A stretch of DNA of 34,237 bases from Actinomycetota bacterium. Its GTDB lineage: Bacteria > Actinomycetota > Actinomycetes > Actinomycetales > Microbacteriaceae. The translations under genes and the position numbers were made by a program. The DNA is taken from contig JBJOQU010000136.1 of assembly GCA_046049745.1 (NCBI GenBank), positions 1-34,237 on the forward strand. The letters run 5' to 3'. Shown piece after piece: positions 1 through 10,032 of this stretch. Position 1 is the stretch's first letter; each line of letters begins with the position of its first letter. Below the pieces are notes generated by a model, which was not told the DNA's origin, ran no database searches, and worked only from the letters and a program-made list of their open reading frames with translations.

Positions 1-1901
1 TTCGTCCGGTGCTCGACATGGCTGCAACACTGTCAGGTCGACGTTACGGTGCCAACCACGAGGACGATGTTCGCATGCGCGTGATCGCGGATCACATTCG
101 CTCATCGTTGATGCTGATGTCTGACGGTGTCACGCCGTCGAACGAGGGTCGTGGATACATCTTGCGACGCTTGTTGCGTCGCTCGGTGCGTTCGATGCGA
201 TTGCTCGGTGTTGACGCTCCGACGTTCACCGAATTGTTCGCCGCTTCACGAGACGCGATGAAGGGTTCGTACCCTGAGGTTGAGACACACTACGACCGAA
301 TCTCGCGCACGGCTCTCGGTGAAGAAGAGACCTTCCTGCGCACGCTCGCGTCGGGAACACAAATTCTTGATCTCGCCGTCACCGAGCACAAGGCGTCGAA
401 GGACGCTTCGCTCGGCGGTGAGACTGCGTTCCTGCTTCATGACACATACGGTTTCCCGATCGATCTCACCATGGAAATGGCGGAGGAAGCCGGAATCTCG
501 GTGGACCGCGCAAAGTTTGACTCGCTGATGAACGACCAGCGCTCACGAGCAAAGGCCGACGCGAAGGCGAAGCGGGGGAATCTTGCTGACGTAAGCGTCT
601 ATGGCGAGTTCCGCACGGCCGGAGAGACGGTGTTCACCGGTTACGACGATTTCTCCACGGAGACGACGGTCATCGGAATCGTCAAAGATGGCGCATCCGT
701 GCGGTCAGCACGCGTTGGTGACACGGTCGAACTCATCGTTCGTGAAACCAGCCTGTACGCCGAGAGCGGCGGACAGGACGCAGACGAGGGAACGATTGTT
801 GGCGCAAGTTTCACCGCCGAGGTCCTCGACGTACAGCGTCCCATCAAGGGACTCACCGCTCACACTGTGCGCATTTCGGACGGTGAAGTTGGTGTCGATG
901 ATGCAGTCACGACCCTGGTCGATCGCGCTTACCGGCAGCAGGCCGCTCAAGCGCACTCGGCGACTCACCTAGTCCACGCGGCTCTTCGTCAGACGCTTGG
1001 CTCAGACGCTCACCAGGCCGGTTCCTACAACAAGGCTGGATACATGCGTTTTGACTTTGCGTGGAACGCCGGGTTGTCCGCCGCGACTAGGTCGGAAATT
1101 GAAGAGATCGCGAACAACGCCATCACCGACAACCTTGAGGTGTCGACTCGCGTGATGTCTCTGGATGACGCAAAGAACGAGGGAGCCATGGCTCTCTTCG
1201 GAGAAAAGTACGGCGATACTGTCCGCGTGGTCGATATTGGTGGTCCATGGTCGCGCGAGTTGTGCGCAGGAACCCACGTTTCGCGCTCGAGTGAAATCGG
1301 GTTGATCAACCTCATCGGTGAATCGTCAATCGGCTCAGCAAATCGTCGCGTCGAGGCTTTGGTGGGGACGAACGCATTCCGTGAATTTGCCGCAGAACGT
1401 GCGCTCGTCGCAGAACTCACATCGACTCTCAAGACGCCCAAGGAAGCGCTTCCTGGGCGTATCTCCGAACTTCTCGAGCAACTGAAGAGCGCGGAACGTG
1501 CCGTTGCGAAATTCGCTTCCGCGGCTCTGGCTGAACGCGTGCCCGCCCTCGTCGCCCAGGCGAGCACGATGGGGGAACTCGTCGCCGTCATCGCGAACGT
1601 CGGTCAGGTCGATTCAATCGACGGCGTCCGTCAGTTGGTGACCGATGTTCGCGACCGTCTTGGTGCGACTGCATCCGTTGTTGCACTTGGTGCAGTGGTC
1701 GACGGTAAGGCTGCCGTGGTTACAGCAACGAACGAAGCTTCCCGTGGTGCCAAGGTCAATGCAGGCGCTCTAGCCAAAACCGCTGCTGCAGTTCTCGGCG
1801 GTGGTGGCGGTGGACGCGACGACATGGCGCAGGGTGGCGGACCTGAGGTCGACAAGATCGACTCGGCTTTGTCAGCAATCGCAAAGGATCTCGCGAGCTA
1901 A
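1..1901 (+). CDS. alaS: Alanine--tRNA ligase (5'-truncated by window edge)
   Basis: VIADHIRS, PSNEGRGYILRRLLRR, AFLLHDTYGFP, editing-domain HSATH and ELCAGTH, C-terminal GGGGGGR...AQGGG. Frame is open from position 3; true start lies upstream of the window. Confidence 0.99.
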   Translation, partial: RPVLDMAATLSGRRYGANHEDDVRMRVIADHIRSSLMLMSDGVTPSNEGRGYILRRLLRRSVRSMRLLGVDAPTFTELFAASRDAMKGSYPEVETHYDRISRTALGEEETFLRTLASGTQILDLAVTEHKASKDASLGGETAFLLHDTYGFPIDLTMEMAEEAGISVDRAKFDSLMNDQRSRAKADAKAKRGNLADVSVYGEFRTAGETVFTGYDDFSTETTVIGIVKDGASVRSARVGDTVELIVRETSLYAESGGQDADEGTIVGASFTAEVLDVQRPIKGLTAHTVRISDGEVGVDDAVTTLVDRAYRQQAAQAHSATHLVHAALRQTLGSDAHQAGSYNKAGYMRFDFAWNAGLSAATRSEIEEIANNAITDNLEVSTRVMSLDDAKNEGAMALFGEKYGDTVRVVDIGGPWSRELCAGTHVSRSSEIGLINLIGESSIGSANRRVEALVGTNAFREFAAERALVAELTSTLKTPKEALPGRISELLEQLKSAERAVAKFASAALAERVPALVAQASTMGELVAVIANVGQVDSIDGVRQLVTDVRDRLGATASVVALGAVVDGKAAVVTATNEASRGAKVNAGALAKTAAAVLGGGGGGRDDMAQGGGPEVDKIDSALSAIAKDLAS

Positions 1902-1903
1902 TC

Positions 1904-2350
1904 GTGCGTCGAGGCGTGCGGATCGGAATCGATGTGGGTAAAGCCCGCGTCGGAGTTGCGCGCAGCGACATTGACGGTCTCATGGCCGTACCGAGTGAAA
2001 CACTTCCTCGCGCGACAGCAATGGAATCACTGATTGCTCTCTCGGCGGAGTCAACCATCTTGGAGTGGGTCGTCGGATTGCCACTCTCCTTGGATGGGGG
2101 AGAGACTCTGTCGACAGCGGACGCCCGTGAGTTCACCGGCCAGTTAGTTGCGGCAACCGGCGTCTCTGCACGCCTGGTCGACGAACGTCTGTCAACTGTG
2201 GGGGCGCAGGCCGCTCTTCATTCGGCCTCTCACACGACCAAGTCGAGCCGTTCGGTAATCGACCAAGTTGCGGCAACAATCCTGCTCGAAACCGCCCTCG
2301 AGGCAGAGAGGCGCGGGACTATGCTGGGCGAAACAGTGGAGGAAAAGTGA
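1904..2350 (+). CDS. ruvX: YqgF/RuvX family nuclease (putative pre-16S rRNA maturation / Holliday junction resolvase-like)
   Basis: GIDVGKARVGVA, VVGLPLSLDG, VDERLST, IDQVAA motifs; canonical position after alaS. Confidence 0.96.
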   Translation: MRRGVRIGIDVGKARVGVARSDIDGLMAVPSETLPRATAMESLIALSAESTILEWVVGLPLSLDGGETLSTADAREFTGQLVAATGVSARLVDERLSTVGAQAALHSASHTTKSSRSVIDQVAATILLETALEAERRGTMLGETVEEK

Positions 2351-3456
2351 GCGAGACACGTCGAGAAGCACGCCAGCGCAACACAAAGCGTGGCGCTGGG
2401 TTCATTGCGGGAATTGTGATCGGCGCACTCGTCCTCGTCGGCGGCGGCGCATACGCCGGTTGGACATTGTTCGAGACGCAGATTCGTAATGTACTCGGGC
2501 TGGGCCCTGCGGATTTCGAAGGCACCGGAACCACTCCGACCGTCCTCGTGACCATCAAAGACGGCGATTATGGAGACGCCGTCGCTCAGAAGCTTTTCGA
2601 CGCGGGAGTGACGAAGTCCTTCGCGGCCGTTTACGAGATCCTTCTCGCGGATTCGTCGATTGTGTTCACCCCGGGAACGTACGAATTGAAGACGGGAATG
2701 AGTGCAGCATCTGCACTCGCGATTATTTCCGATGAAACCAATCGGAAGATCTGGAAAGTCACAATCCCCGAAGGCCTCATCATCACTGATGTCATCGCGC
2801 GCCTTGCCGAAGGAACGGGAATTCCCCTCGCTGATTTTGATGCGGTCATCCACGACACAGCCTCGTTCCGCCTGCCAGACGGCGTTGAAACGATCGAGGG
2901 CTATCTGTTCCCTGCAACGTATGAGTTCGAGTTCGGCAGTACGGCTCACGAAATAGTCGCAAAAATGGTGTCGACCATGGACGCCCAGCTCTTCGACCTC
3001 GGAGTCCAAGGTGCGGACAAACACGCGATTCTGACAATGGCATCCATCGTTCAGCGCGAAGCGGGCAGCAACATGGACGATTTTGGCAAGGTTGCGCGGG
3101 TTTTCTATAACCGTTTGGACGATGGGTGGAAACTCGAGTCTGACGCGACAGTTACATACGGAACGGGAAACTTCGACTCCGTTTGGACGACCGATGCTGA
3201 ACGTGCCGACGCGAGCAATCTGTACAACACCTATGTTCACGAGGGTCTGCCCGTCGGCCCAATCGGCGCTCCAGGGCTCGTCGCACTTCAGGCAGCTGTG
3301 AATCCCACCAAGGGTCCCTGGTACTTCTTTGTCCCCGTGAATTTGAAGACCGGCGAGACACAGTTTTCTGTCACACACGCTGAGCACTCAGCAGGTGTTC
3401 GCAAACTGAAGACCTGGTGCGCTGCGTCAGATGAAAACGCCGCTTACTGTGAGTAG
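2347..3456 (+). CDS. mltG: Endolytic transglycosylase MltG (YceG family)
   Basis: N-terminal TM helix, VTIPEG, EGYLFPATY, catalytic ASIVQREA, YNTY..GLP.GPI..PG; alaS-ruvX-mltG-aroE synteny. Confidence 0.96.
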   Translation: MSETRREARQRNTKRGAGFIAGIVIGALVLVGGGAYAGWTLFETQIRNVLGLGPADFEGTGTTPTVLVTIKDGDYGDAVAQKLFDAGVTKSFAAVYEILLADSSIVFTPGTYELKTGMSAASALAIISDETNRKIWKVTIPEGLIITDVIARLAEGTGIPLADFDAVIHDTASFRLPDGVETIEGYLFPATYEFEFGSTAHEIVAKMVSTMDAQLFDLGVQGADKHAILTMASIVQREAGSNMDDFGKVARVFYNRLDDGWKLESDATVTYGTGNFDSVWTTDAERADASNLYNTYVHEGLPVGPIGAPGLVALQAAVNPTKGPWYFFVPVNLKTGETQFSVTHAEHSAGVRKLKTWCAASDENAAYCE

Positions 3457-4267
3457 CCATTTCGCCGTTCTCGGCAGCCCAATCGGGCACTCGAAATCCC
3501 CGTTGTTGCACCGTGCCGCAATTGCAGCACTAGGAATTGACGCGGACTATTCGGCATTCGAGGTGAATGAAAGTTATTTCCAGCAGTTCGTCACCTCGCG
3601 TGGTCTAGAAGACGTCGGCTTCTCGCTCACCATGCCTCTCAAGCATGTCGCACGGTCCGTTGTGACTTCCGAGTGCCGCACATCGGCGCTCACCGGTGCA
3701 ATAAACACGATCGTTCGCGCCCCCGACGGGTGGCACGGGTTCAACACGGATGTGTGGGGTGCGCAGACAGCTATCGCGCAGTCACTGGGAACTCACTTCG
3801 CGTCCGCTGCGCTCCTCGGTGCAGGAGCAACCGCATCGTCACTGGTAGTCGCGCTACACGGCCTAGGTGTTCGGCAGCTCGCTGTCCTCGCTCGTGATGA
3901 GTCCAGAGCACAATCGGTTGTCGAATTGGCACGGCACCTTGGAATGTCAACCAAGTTTTCCGAACTGGGGAGCGAGTCGGTTCAGGCCGATCTTCTCGTC
4001 AATACCCTGCCTGGTTCGGTGCAACTAGACACCGTCACGATCGACGACCTTGACGCGGGCGCGTTGTTCGATGTGGTTTATGACCCCTGGCCTACACATC
4101 TATCCCGCGAATGGACCGCGCGGGGTTTGCCGTCGTCCAACGGCCTGACAATGTTGCTATGGCAGGCAGTCCGCCAAGCGCGCGTCTTTTACGGTGACGG
4201 AGTTGACGAAGAACTTCCGAACGAATCGCTCGTGGTCACCGCCATGCGCTCGGCGGTTGGTCTGTAA
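3449..4267 (+). CDS. aroE: Shikimate dehydrogenase
   Basis: [34 protein letters not shown]. Start placed at GTG 3449 (8-nt overlap with mltG); ATG 3431 is the alternative. Confidence 0.94.
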   Translation: MSSHFAVLGSPIGHSKSPLLHRAAIAALGIDADYSAFEVNESYFQQFVTSRGLEDVGFSLTMPLKHVARSVVTSECRTSALTGAINTIVRAPDGWHGFNTDVWGAQTAIAQSLGTHFASAALLGAGATASSLVVALHGLGVRQLAVLARDESRAQSVVELARHLGMSTKFSELGSESVQADLLVNTLPGSVQLDTVTIDDLDAGALFDVVYDPWPTHLSREWTARGLPSSNGLTMLLWQAVRQARVFYGDGVDEELPNESLVVTAMRSAVGL

Positions 4268-4283
4268 CCGCCAACGCTTCTGG

Positions 4284-4289
4284 AACAAT
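4284..4289 (+). promoter_or_regulatory. Putative -10 element (AACAAT) of a leaderless aroC transcript
   Basis: AACAAT-agagcc-ATG with no SD; same 6-nt spacing as at aroQ, fmt, rpe and hisE. Confidence 0.45.
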
Positions 4290-4295
4290 AGAGCC

Positions 4296-5489
4296 ATGCG
4301 TTGGTTGACTGCGGGGGAATCACACGGTCCGGAGCTCATCGGAATTATCGAGGGCTTGCCGGCAGGTTTCCCTGTATCCCTGCCCGCTATTCGTCACGAA
4401 CTGGCACGGCGTCGACTCGGTTACGGACGAGGCGCGCGAATGAAGTTCGAAGCCGACGAGGTCAACATTTCCGGCGGTGTTCGCCACGGACTGTCCATGG
4501 GAAGCCCTATCGCGCTTCGAATCGGAAACACGGAATGGCCCAAATGGGTTGATGTCATGAGCCCCGAACCCGTTGACGTCGATGTTTCAGAGACTGGACG
4601 TGGCGCACCGTTGACCCGTCCACGACCAGGGCACGCAGACCTCGCCGGGATGCAGAAGTACGGTTTCGACGAGGCTCGACCTGTTCTCGAACGTGCGTCG
4701 GCACGCGAGACGGCAACCCGTGTCGCTCTCGGGGCAGTTGCCCGCAGTTTTCTCGGCGAGCTGGGCATCGAGACCGTGGCTCACACCGTGTCGATTGCTG
4801 AAGTCGCCGTACCGAACGGTGCTGCACTTCCTCGTCCCCGAGACGTCGATTTATTGGATGCCGACCCGTTGCGCTGCTTCGACGCGGAAACGTCCGAGCG
4901 GATGGTCGAACGTGTCGACGCGGCCCACAAAGACGGCGACACTCTTGGTGGAATCGTCGAAGTGCTTGTCTACGGGTTGCCGTCCGGGCTTGGTTCCTAC
5001 GTTCATTGGGATCGTCGACTCGACTCGAGACTCGCTGCTGCTCTGATGGGGATTCAAGCCATCAAGGGGGTCGAGGTCGGTGACGGTTTCGAAACCACGA
5101 GGCGACCTGGAAGTCAAGCACACGATGAAATGGTTCCCGGCGAGGAAATTGAGCGTTTGAGCGGTCGCGCCGGAGGAATCGAGGGCGGAATGTCGACGGG
5201 CCAAGTTCTGCGCGTTCGAGCCGGAATGAAACCAATCGCAACCGTTCCTCACGCATTGCGAACTATCGACACCACAACGGGTCAGGCGGCGGAAGCGCAT
5301 CACCAACGTTCGGATGTGTGTGCAGTCCCCGCCGCAGGTGTCGTCGCGGAGGCCATGGTGTTACTCGTCATCGCTGAAGCGGTTGTCGAAAAGTTCGGGG
5401 GAGACTCGATCACGGAGACTCGCCGTAACCTCGACTCTTACCTTGCCGCCATCCCGGAAACACAGCGAACACAACGAGACGTGCCGTGA
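4296..5489 (+). CDS. aroC: Chorismate synthase
   Basis: [12 protein letters not shown]-terminus fixes the start at ATG 4296; [31 protein letters not shown]. Confidence 0.98.
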   Translation: MRWLTAGESHGPELIGIIEGLPAGFPVSLPAIRHELARRRLGYGRGARMKFEADEVNISGGVRHGLSMGSPIALRIGNTEWPKWVDVMSPEPVDVDVSETGRGAPLTRPRPGHADLAGMQKYGFDEARPVLERASARETATRVALGAVARSFLGELGIETVAHTVSIAEVAVPNGAALPRPRDVDLLDADPLRCFDAETSERMVERVDAAHKDGDTLGGIVEVLVYGLPSGLGSYVHWDRRLDSRLAAALMGIQAIKGVEVGDGFETTRRPGSQAHDEMVPGEEIERLSGRAGGIEGGMSTGQVLRVRAGMKPIATVPHALRTIDTTTGQAAEAHHQRSDVCAVPAAGVVAEAMVLLVIAEAVVEKFGGDSITETRRNLDSYLAAIPETQRTQRDVP

Positions 5490-5980
5490 AGCCGACCGCG
5501 GTTCTCATCGGCCCTCCTGCTGCAGGAAAAACGCGCTTGGGAAAGGCCGTCGCGCGAATCTTTGATGTTCCGTTCGTCGACACCGATGTGCGCATCACCG
5601 AAAAGCACGGTTCAATTCCCGAGATTTTCGCCACACACGGCGAGGAGCGTTTCCGACAGTGGGAGCGAGAGGAAGTCGTTCGAGCACTAGCGGAAGACGG
5701 AATCGTCTCGCTCGGCGGTGGTGCCGTCGAAAACGCGGACACGCGCAGAGACCTCTCGGAACAACTCGTCGCACTCATCAGTGTCAGTGCCGACGCCGTC
5801 GAACCGCGATTGGCCAACGACAAGCGTCCGTTACTTGACGGGATCGAGTCGTGGAAAACGCTCGTAGAGCGCAGACAGCCTCTTTACGATGAACTCGCCA
5901 CAATCACCGTGGATACGTCCGTTGGGCCGATGGATCACCACGCCGAACGACTAGCCGAGATGCTGAGGGCTGCGTCGTGA
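5486..5980 (+). CDS. aroK: Shikimate kinase
   Basis: P-loop [26 protein letters not shown]. Confidence 0.97.
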   Translation: MKPTAVLIGPPAAGKTRLGKAVARIFDVPFVDTDVRITEKHGSIPEIFATHGEERFRQWEREEVVRALAEDGIVSLGGGAVENADTRRDLSEQLVALISVSADAVEPRLANDKRPLLDGIESWKTLVERRQPLYDELATITVDTSVGPMDHHAERLAEMLRAAS

Positions 5981-7044
5981 CGACAGTCCACATCACCGGC
6001 GAGACGTCCTACGACGTGCACATTGGATCTGGCGCTTCTGAACGGGTGTCTGAGTTTCTCGGTGGGGCGACAAAGGCGCTACTGATTCACCAGCCCGTTA
6101 TGTCCGTGCGTGCTGCGGAGATCAGGGAGCAACTCAAGGGCACCGTCGACGTCCTTCTCGCCGAAGTGCCAGACGGTGAGGATTCCAAACGCATCGAAGT
6201 GGCGGCTTTCTGTTGGGGAATTATGGGGCAAGCGGACTTCACTCGCTCGGACGCCGTGATCGGGCTCGGTGGTGGTGCGGCGACCGACCTCGCCGGGTTT
6301 GTCGCTGCAACGTGGCTTCGCGGGGTTCGATTCGTCAACATTCCCACGACGGTCCTGGGCGCTGTTGACGCGTCAGTTGGTGGGAAGACGGGGATCAACA
6401 CAGCCGAGGGCAAGAACCTCGTCGGTTCGTTTCACGCACCCGCCGCGGTGTTGCTCGATACCGACATCCTCGCAACACTTCCCGATACCGAAAAGCGTGC
6501 CGGATTTGCAGAAGTAGCGAAGGCCGGTTTCATCAGCGATCCGGTTATCCTCGACCTGCTCGAGAGCAACCTGGACGCCGCACTCGATCCCACTACTGAG
6601 GCGGGAATCGACATCTTGCGTCGCGCGATTCAGGTGAAGGCGAGTGTCGTCTCGAAGGACTTCACAGAGCAGGGCCTTCGTGAGATTCTCAACTACGGTC
6701 ACACCCTCGGCCACGCAATCGAACATGCCGAGCGCTACCGTTGGCGCCACGGCGCAGCCATTTCGATCGGAATGATGTTTGCGGCCGAGTTGTCTCGGAT
6801 GACCCGCGGACTCTCTGACGAAGCAGTCGAACGCCACCGCAGCGTCCTAGGCGGCATCCTCGGACTCCCGGTGAACTACCCCAGCGGCCGCTGGGAGACG
6901 CTCCTTGCGACAATGCGACGTGACAAGAAGGCTCGGGGCGCTGCTCTTCGCTTCGTCCTTCTCGACGACATCGCGCGTCCGACCGTCACCGCAGTTGCGG
7001 ATGAGTCCCTGCTCTTCGCGGCTTACGGGGAAATCGCTGGGTAG
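5977..7044 (+). CDS. aroB: 3-dehydroquinate synthase
   Basis: GLGGGAATDLAGF, PTTVLGAVDASVGGKTGIN, GKNLVG, LNYGHTLGHAIE, HGAAI. Confidence 0.98.
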   Translation: MTTVHITGETSYDVHIGSGASERVSEFLGGATKALLIHQPVMSVRAAEIREQLKGTVDVLLAEVPDGEDSKRIEVAAFCWGIMGQADFTRSDAVIGLGGGAATDLAGFVAATWLRGVRFVNIPTTVLGAVDASVGGKTGINTAEGKNLVGSFHAPAAVLLDTDILATLPDTEKRAGFAEVAKAGFISDPVILDLLESNLDAALDPTTEAGIDILRRAIQVKASVVSKDFTEQGLREILNYGHTLGHAIEHAERYRWRHGAAISIGMMFAAELSRMTRGLSDEAVERHRSVLGGILGLPVNYPSGRWETLLATMRRDKKARGAALRFVLLDDIARPTVTAVADESLLFAAYGEIAG

Positions 7045-7047
7045 GCT
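7042..7047 (+). promoter_or_regulatory. Putative -10 element (TAGGCT) for leaderless aroQ, overlapping the aroB stop codon
   Basis: TAGGCT-gatttc-ATG; TANNNT consensus 6 nt before the start; no SD. Confidence 0.6.
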
Positions 7048-7053
7048 GATTTC

Positions 7054-7494
7054 ATGACCCGAATCCTCGTTCTCAACGGGCCTAATCTGTCACGATTGGG
7101 CACTCGTGAACCTGACGTATACGGTTCGACGACGTGGGACGAGCTCGTCACGATGCTCGAATCCGGCGCGCAATCCGGCGAGTTGATTGAGGTCCGTCAA
7201 ACGAACGACGAAGCGGAACTCATCGGGTGGTTACACGAGGCAGCCGATACGTCATCCGAGGTTGTCCTGAACCCTGCCGCATTCACGCACTATTCCTACG
7301 CAGTTCGCGATGCCGTTGCGGTTGTGACGACCTCGGGGATCCCTCTTATCGAGGTTCACATCTCCAACCCGCACGCGCGGGAAGAATTCCGTCAGAACTC
7401 GGTTATTTCGGCCGTCGCGACCGGTGTCATTGCCGGTTTCGGAACCGACTCGTATCTCCTTGCGATTGACGCTCTGCGTCGCCGACGCTCATAA
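7054..7494 (+). CDS. aroQ: Type II 3-dehydroquinate dehydratase
   Basis: [40 protein letters not shown]. Confidence 0.98.
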   Translation: MTRILVLNGPNLSRLGTREPDVYGSTTWDELVTMLESGAQSGELIEVRQTNDEAELIGWLHEAADTSSEVVLNPAAFTHYSYAVRDAVAVVTTSGIPLIEVHISNPHAREEFRQNSVISAVATGVIAGFGTDSYLLAIDALRRRRS

Positions 7495-7530
7495 CTTTTA
7501 CCGCTCACACCTAACAATCAAGGAACAACC

Positions 7531-8094
7531 ATGGCAACGACGAACGACATCAAGAACGGCTCAGTCCTCAACCTCGACGGTCAACTTTGGAACGTCATCG
7601 AATTCCAGCACGTCAAGCCGGGCAAGGGTGGCGCATTCGTGCGAACCAAGCTCAAGAACGTCATGACGGGAAAGGTTGTCGACCGCACGTTTAACGCGGG
7701 CACCAAGATCGACTTTGAGACGGTCGACCGTCGCGATTACCAGTACCTGTACCAGGACGGCAGTGGGTACGTCTTCATGGACCTCAGTGATTACGACCAG
7801 GTCACCGTCTCCGAGGCTGTTGTGGGCGACGCAAAGAACTTCATGCTCGAAAACCAGTCGGTACAGATCGCGATGAACAACGACGTCCCGCTGTACATCG
7901 AACTTCCGACCTCGGTCGTTCTCGAAATCACCTACACCGAGCCTGGTCTGCAGGGGGATCGCTCGACGGGTGGCACCAAGCCCGCAACCGTGGAGACCGG
8001 CCTTGAAATCCAGGTCCCGTTGTTCCTTGAACTCGGAACGAAAGTCAAAATCGACACCCGCGACGGCTCGTACCTCGGCCGCATTACCGACTAG
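7531..8094 (+). CDS. efp: Elongation factor P
   Basis: [33 protein letters not shown]; SD AAGGA upstream. Confidence 0.99.
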   Translation: MATTNDIKNGSVLNLDGQLWNVIEFQHVKPGKGGAFVRTKLKNVMTGKVVDRTFNAGTKIDFETVDRRDYQYLYQDGSGYVFMDLSDYDQVTVSEAVVGDAKNFMLENQSVQIAMNNDVPLYIELPTSVVLEITYTEPGLQGDRSTGGTKPATVETGLEIQVPLFLELGTKVKIDTRDGSYLGRITD

Positions 8095-8501
8095 TGTCCG
8101 CTCGGCACAAGGCGCGCAAGGCCGCCTTCGACCTTTTATATTCCGCTGAGCAACGAGAGCAATCACTGTCGGTCGCATTGGACGAATTCGACGTTCGCGA
8201 AACCGGTAAGCGCGAGCCGATCACCGAAATCGCTTATGTTCGTGAAATCGTCCGCGGCGTCGAGGAACGACAGTCGACGATTGATGAGGAGATTTCCGCG
8301 CACCTCAAGGATTGGACACTCAATCGCTTGTTTGCCGTCGATCGCGCTATTCTCCGACTTGCCGTGTGGGAGCTGTTGTACTCGGAAACTCCCAACGACG
8401 CGGCACGAGCAGAAGCGCTGGCACTGGCCGAAGAGTTCGGATCCGATGACGCCGCGCGTTTCATCGGGGGAGTCCTCGGCGCGATTGTGCGGGATTCCTA
8501 A
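8094..8501 (+). CDS. nusB: Transcription antitermination factor NusB
   Basis: MSARHKARK, W...RL..VDRAILRLAVWEL; efp-nusB synteny; TAGTG overlap. Confidence 0.93.
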   Translation: MSARHKARKAAFDLLYSAEQREQSLSVALDEFDVRETGKREPITEIAYVREIVRGVEERQSTIDEEISAHLKDWTLNRLFAVDRAILRLAVWELLYSETPNDAARAEALALAEEFGSDDAARFIGGVLGAIVRDS

Positions 8502-8510
8502 ATCTTCCGC

Positions 8511-8516
8511 TAACCT
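8511..8516 (+). promoter_or_regulatory. Putative -10 element (TAACCT) of the pyr operon promoter
   Basis: TANNNT in the 68-nt nusB-pyrR gap, about 14 nt upstream of the PyrR element. Confidence 0.5.
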
Positions 8517-8529
8517 AGAGACATCCAGA

Positions 8530-8564
8530 TCCTTTAAAAGCGTCCTGTGAGGCGGAAAGGAAGG
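8530..8564 (+). ncRNA. PyrR-binding cis-regulatory RNA element (pyr operon leader)
   Basis: TCCTTTAAAAGCGTCCTGTGAGGCGGAAAGGA matches the PyrR-site pattern (CUUUAA...GUCCnGnGAGGC). TCCTTT 8530-8535 pairs with AAAGGA 8556-8561. Lies directly 5' of pyrR. Confidence 0.85.
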
Positions 8565-8569
8565 GTGTA

Positions 8570-9094
8570 GTGGCGCGTATCGTCCTCACCAAACCCGATA
8601 TCGACCGGGCTTTGACTCGTATTGGTCATGAAATTGTCGAATCTCAGCGCGGCAAGACCGGCCTCGTGTTTCTCGGCATTCCGACGCGTGGTGTCTTTAT
8701 CGCCAAGCGCCTTGCCGACATCGTTGCGGGAATCCAGCCCCAGGACATCGCTGTCGGGACGCTCGACGTGACGATGTACCGCGACGACATTCAACAGAAG
8801 TCAACTCGCGCGACCGCACCGACCGAGATCCCGCCGTCCGGCATTGACGGAACCACTGTGATTTTGGTTGACGATGTCCTGTTCTCGGGACGTACGGTGC
8901 GTGCTGCGCTGGATGCGATTACGGCGTTGGGACGCCCCGATACGGTTCGCTTCGCTGTCTTGGTTGACCGCGGACACCGCGAACTGCCGATTCGGGCTGA
9001 TTTCGTGGGAAAAAACCTTCCGTCGGCGGTCGACGAGCGCGTCAACGTGTGTTTGTCCGAGATAGACGACACGGACGAAGTGAGCATCGCATGA
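8570..9094 (+). CDS. pyrR: Bifunctional pyr operon regulator / uracil phosphoribosyltransferase PyrR
   Basis: [50 protein letters not shown]. Confidence 0.98.
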   Translation: MARIVLTKPDIDRALTRIGHEIVESQRGKTGLVFLGIPTRGVFIAKRLADIVAGIQPQDIAVGTLDVTMYRDDIQQKSTRATAPTEIPPSGIDGTTVILVDDVLFSGRTVRAALDAITALGRPDTVRFAVLVDRGHRELPIRADFVGKNLPSAVDERVNVCLSEIDDTDEVSIA

Positions 9095-10032
9095 AGCACC
9101 TCATCTCGACACGTGATTTGAGCCGCGAAGACGCAATCGCACTTCTTGATACCACCGCGGACATGGTGGACGTTCGTGGGCGGGACGTCAAGAAACTACC
9201 GACGCTTCGTGGCAAGACTGTCGCCAACGTATTCTTTGAGGACTCGACGCGAACGCGACTGTCCTTTGAAGCGGCAGCACTGGCGCTCTCGGCCGATGTA
9301 TCGACGTTCACTTCTGCGGGGTCGAGTGTGTCAAAGGGCGAAAGCCTCAAGGACACACTTCAGACCCTCGAGGCGATGGGCGCCGACTTCGTTGTGCTTC
9401 GCCACTCGCATTCCGGTGTCGCCGAGACCGTCGCCAATTCGGGTTGGATTGGCGCTCACGTGATCAACGCAGGAGACGGAACGCACGAACACCCGACCCA
9501 GGCCCTGCTTGACTGTTTCACGATGCGCTCACGACTTCGCGGAGACAGTGCTCGTGGCTCCGGTCTTGATGGTGTGGCTGTCGCAATTGTTGGCGACATT
9601 CTTCACTCGCGAGTTGCACGGTCAAACGTGTGGCTCTTGAACACACTGGGCGCACGTGTCACGCTCGTCTCACCAAAGACGCTGATTCCTGCAGATGTTT
9701 CCGAGTGGGGAGTCGCCACCGCGCTCACGCTCGACGAGGCACTCGAATCGAATCCGGACGTGGTCATGACTCTCCGCATTCAAAAGGAACGCATGTCGAA
9801 TGGTTTCTTTCCGTCCGAGGCCGAGTATTCGCGCTTCTGGGGAATGAACACCGAAAGACTCGGTCGACTCAAGGACACAGCCATCGTGATGCACCCGGGC
9901 CCGATGAACCGTGGGCTCGAGATTGCCGGTGCCGTCGCGGATTCGCCTCAGTCGACGGTGACCGAGCAAGTCGCAAACGGCGTCGCTGCTCGAATGGCCG
10001 TGCTGTACACACTGACAGGAGCCGATTCGTGA
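9091..10032 (+). CDS. pyrB: Aspartate carbamoyltransferase catalytic subunit
   Basis: [45 protein letters not shown]. Start ATG 9091 (ATGA overlap). Confidence 0.98.
   Translation: MKHLISTRDLSREDAIALLDTTADMVDVRGRDVKKLPTLRGKTVANVFFEDSTRTRLSFEAAALALSADVSTFTSAGSSVSKGESLKDTLQTLEAMGADFVVLRHSHSGVAETVANSGWIGAHVINAGDGTHEHPTQALLDCFTMRSRLRGDSARGSGLDGVAVAIVGDILHSRVARSNVWLLNTLGARVTLVSPKTLIPADVSEWGVATALTLDEALESNPDVVMTLRIQKERMSNGFFPSEAEYSRFWGMNTERLGRLKDTAIVMHPGPMNRGLEIAGAVADSPQSTVTEQVANGVAARMAVLYTLTGADS

Noticed and set aside
1797-1814. GGN-repeat tract (ggcggtggtggcggtgga)
   Set aside because: Encodes the normal glycine-rich motif of the AlaRS C-terminal domain; not a contingency repeat.
2230-3387. 385-aa minus-strand ORF
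   Set aside because: Antisense to mltG/ruvX, no protein-family features; shadow ORF.
7561-8178. 205-aa minus-strand ORF over efp/nusB, and the other short alternative-frame ORFs in the track
   Set aside because: All lie within well-supported + strand genes and show the Ser/Arg/Pro-rich or V/D/E-patterned composition typical of off-frame translations.
9630-10028. Apparent 133-aa N-terminal extension of PyrC (similar extensions on aroC, pyrB, priA, FKBP, hisF, trpE, trpC)
   Set aside because: Artefact of longest-ORF calling: the extensions overlap upstream genes, and family homology begins at the downstream starts used here.
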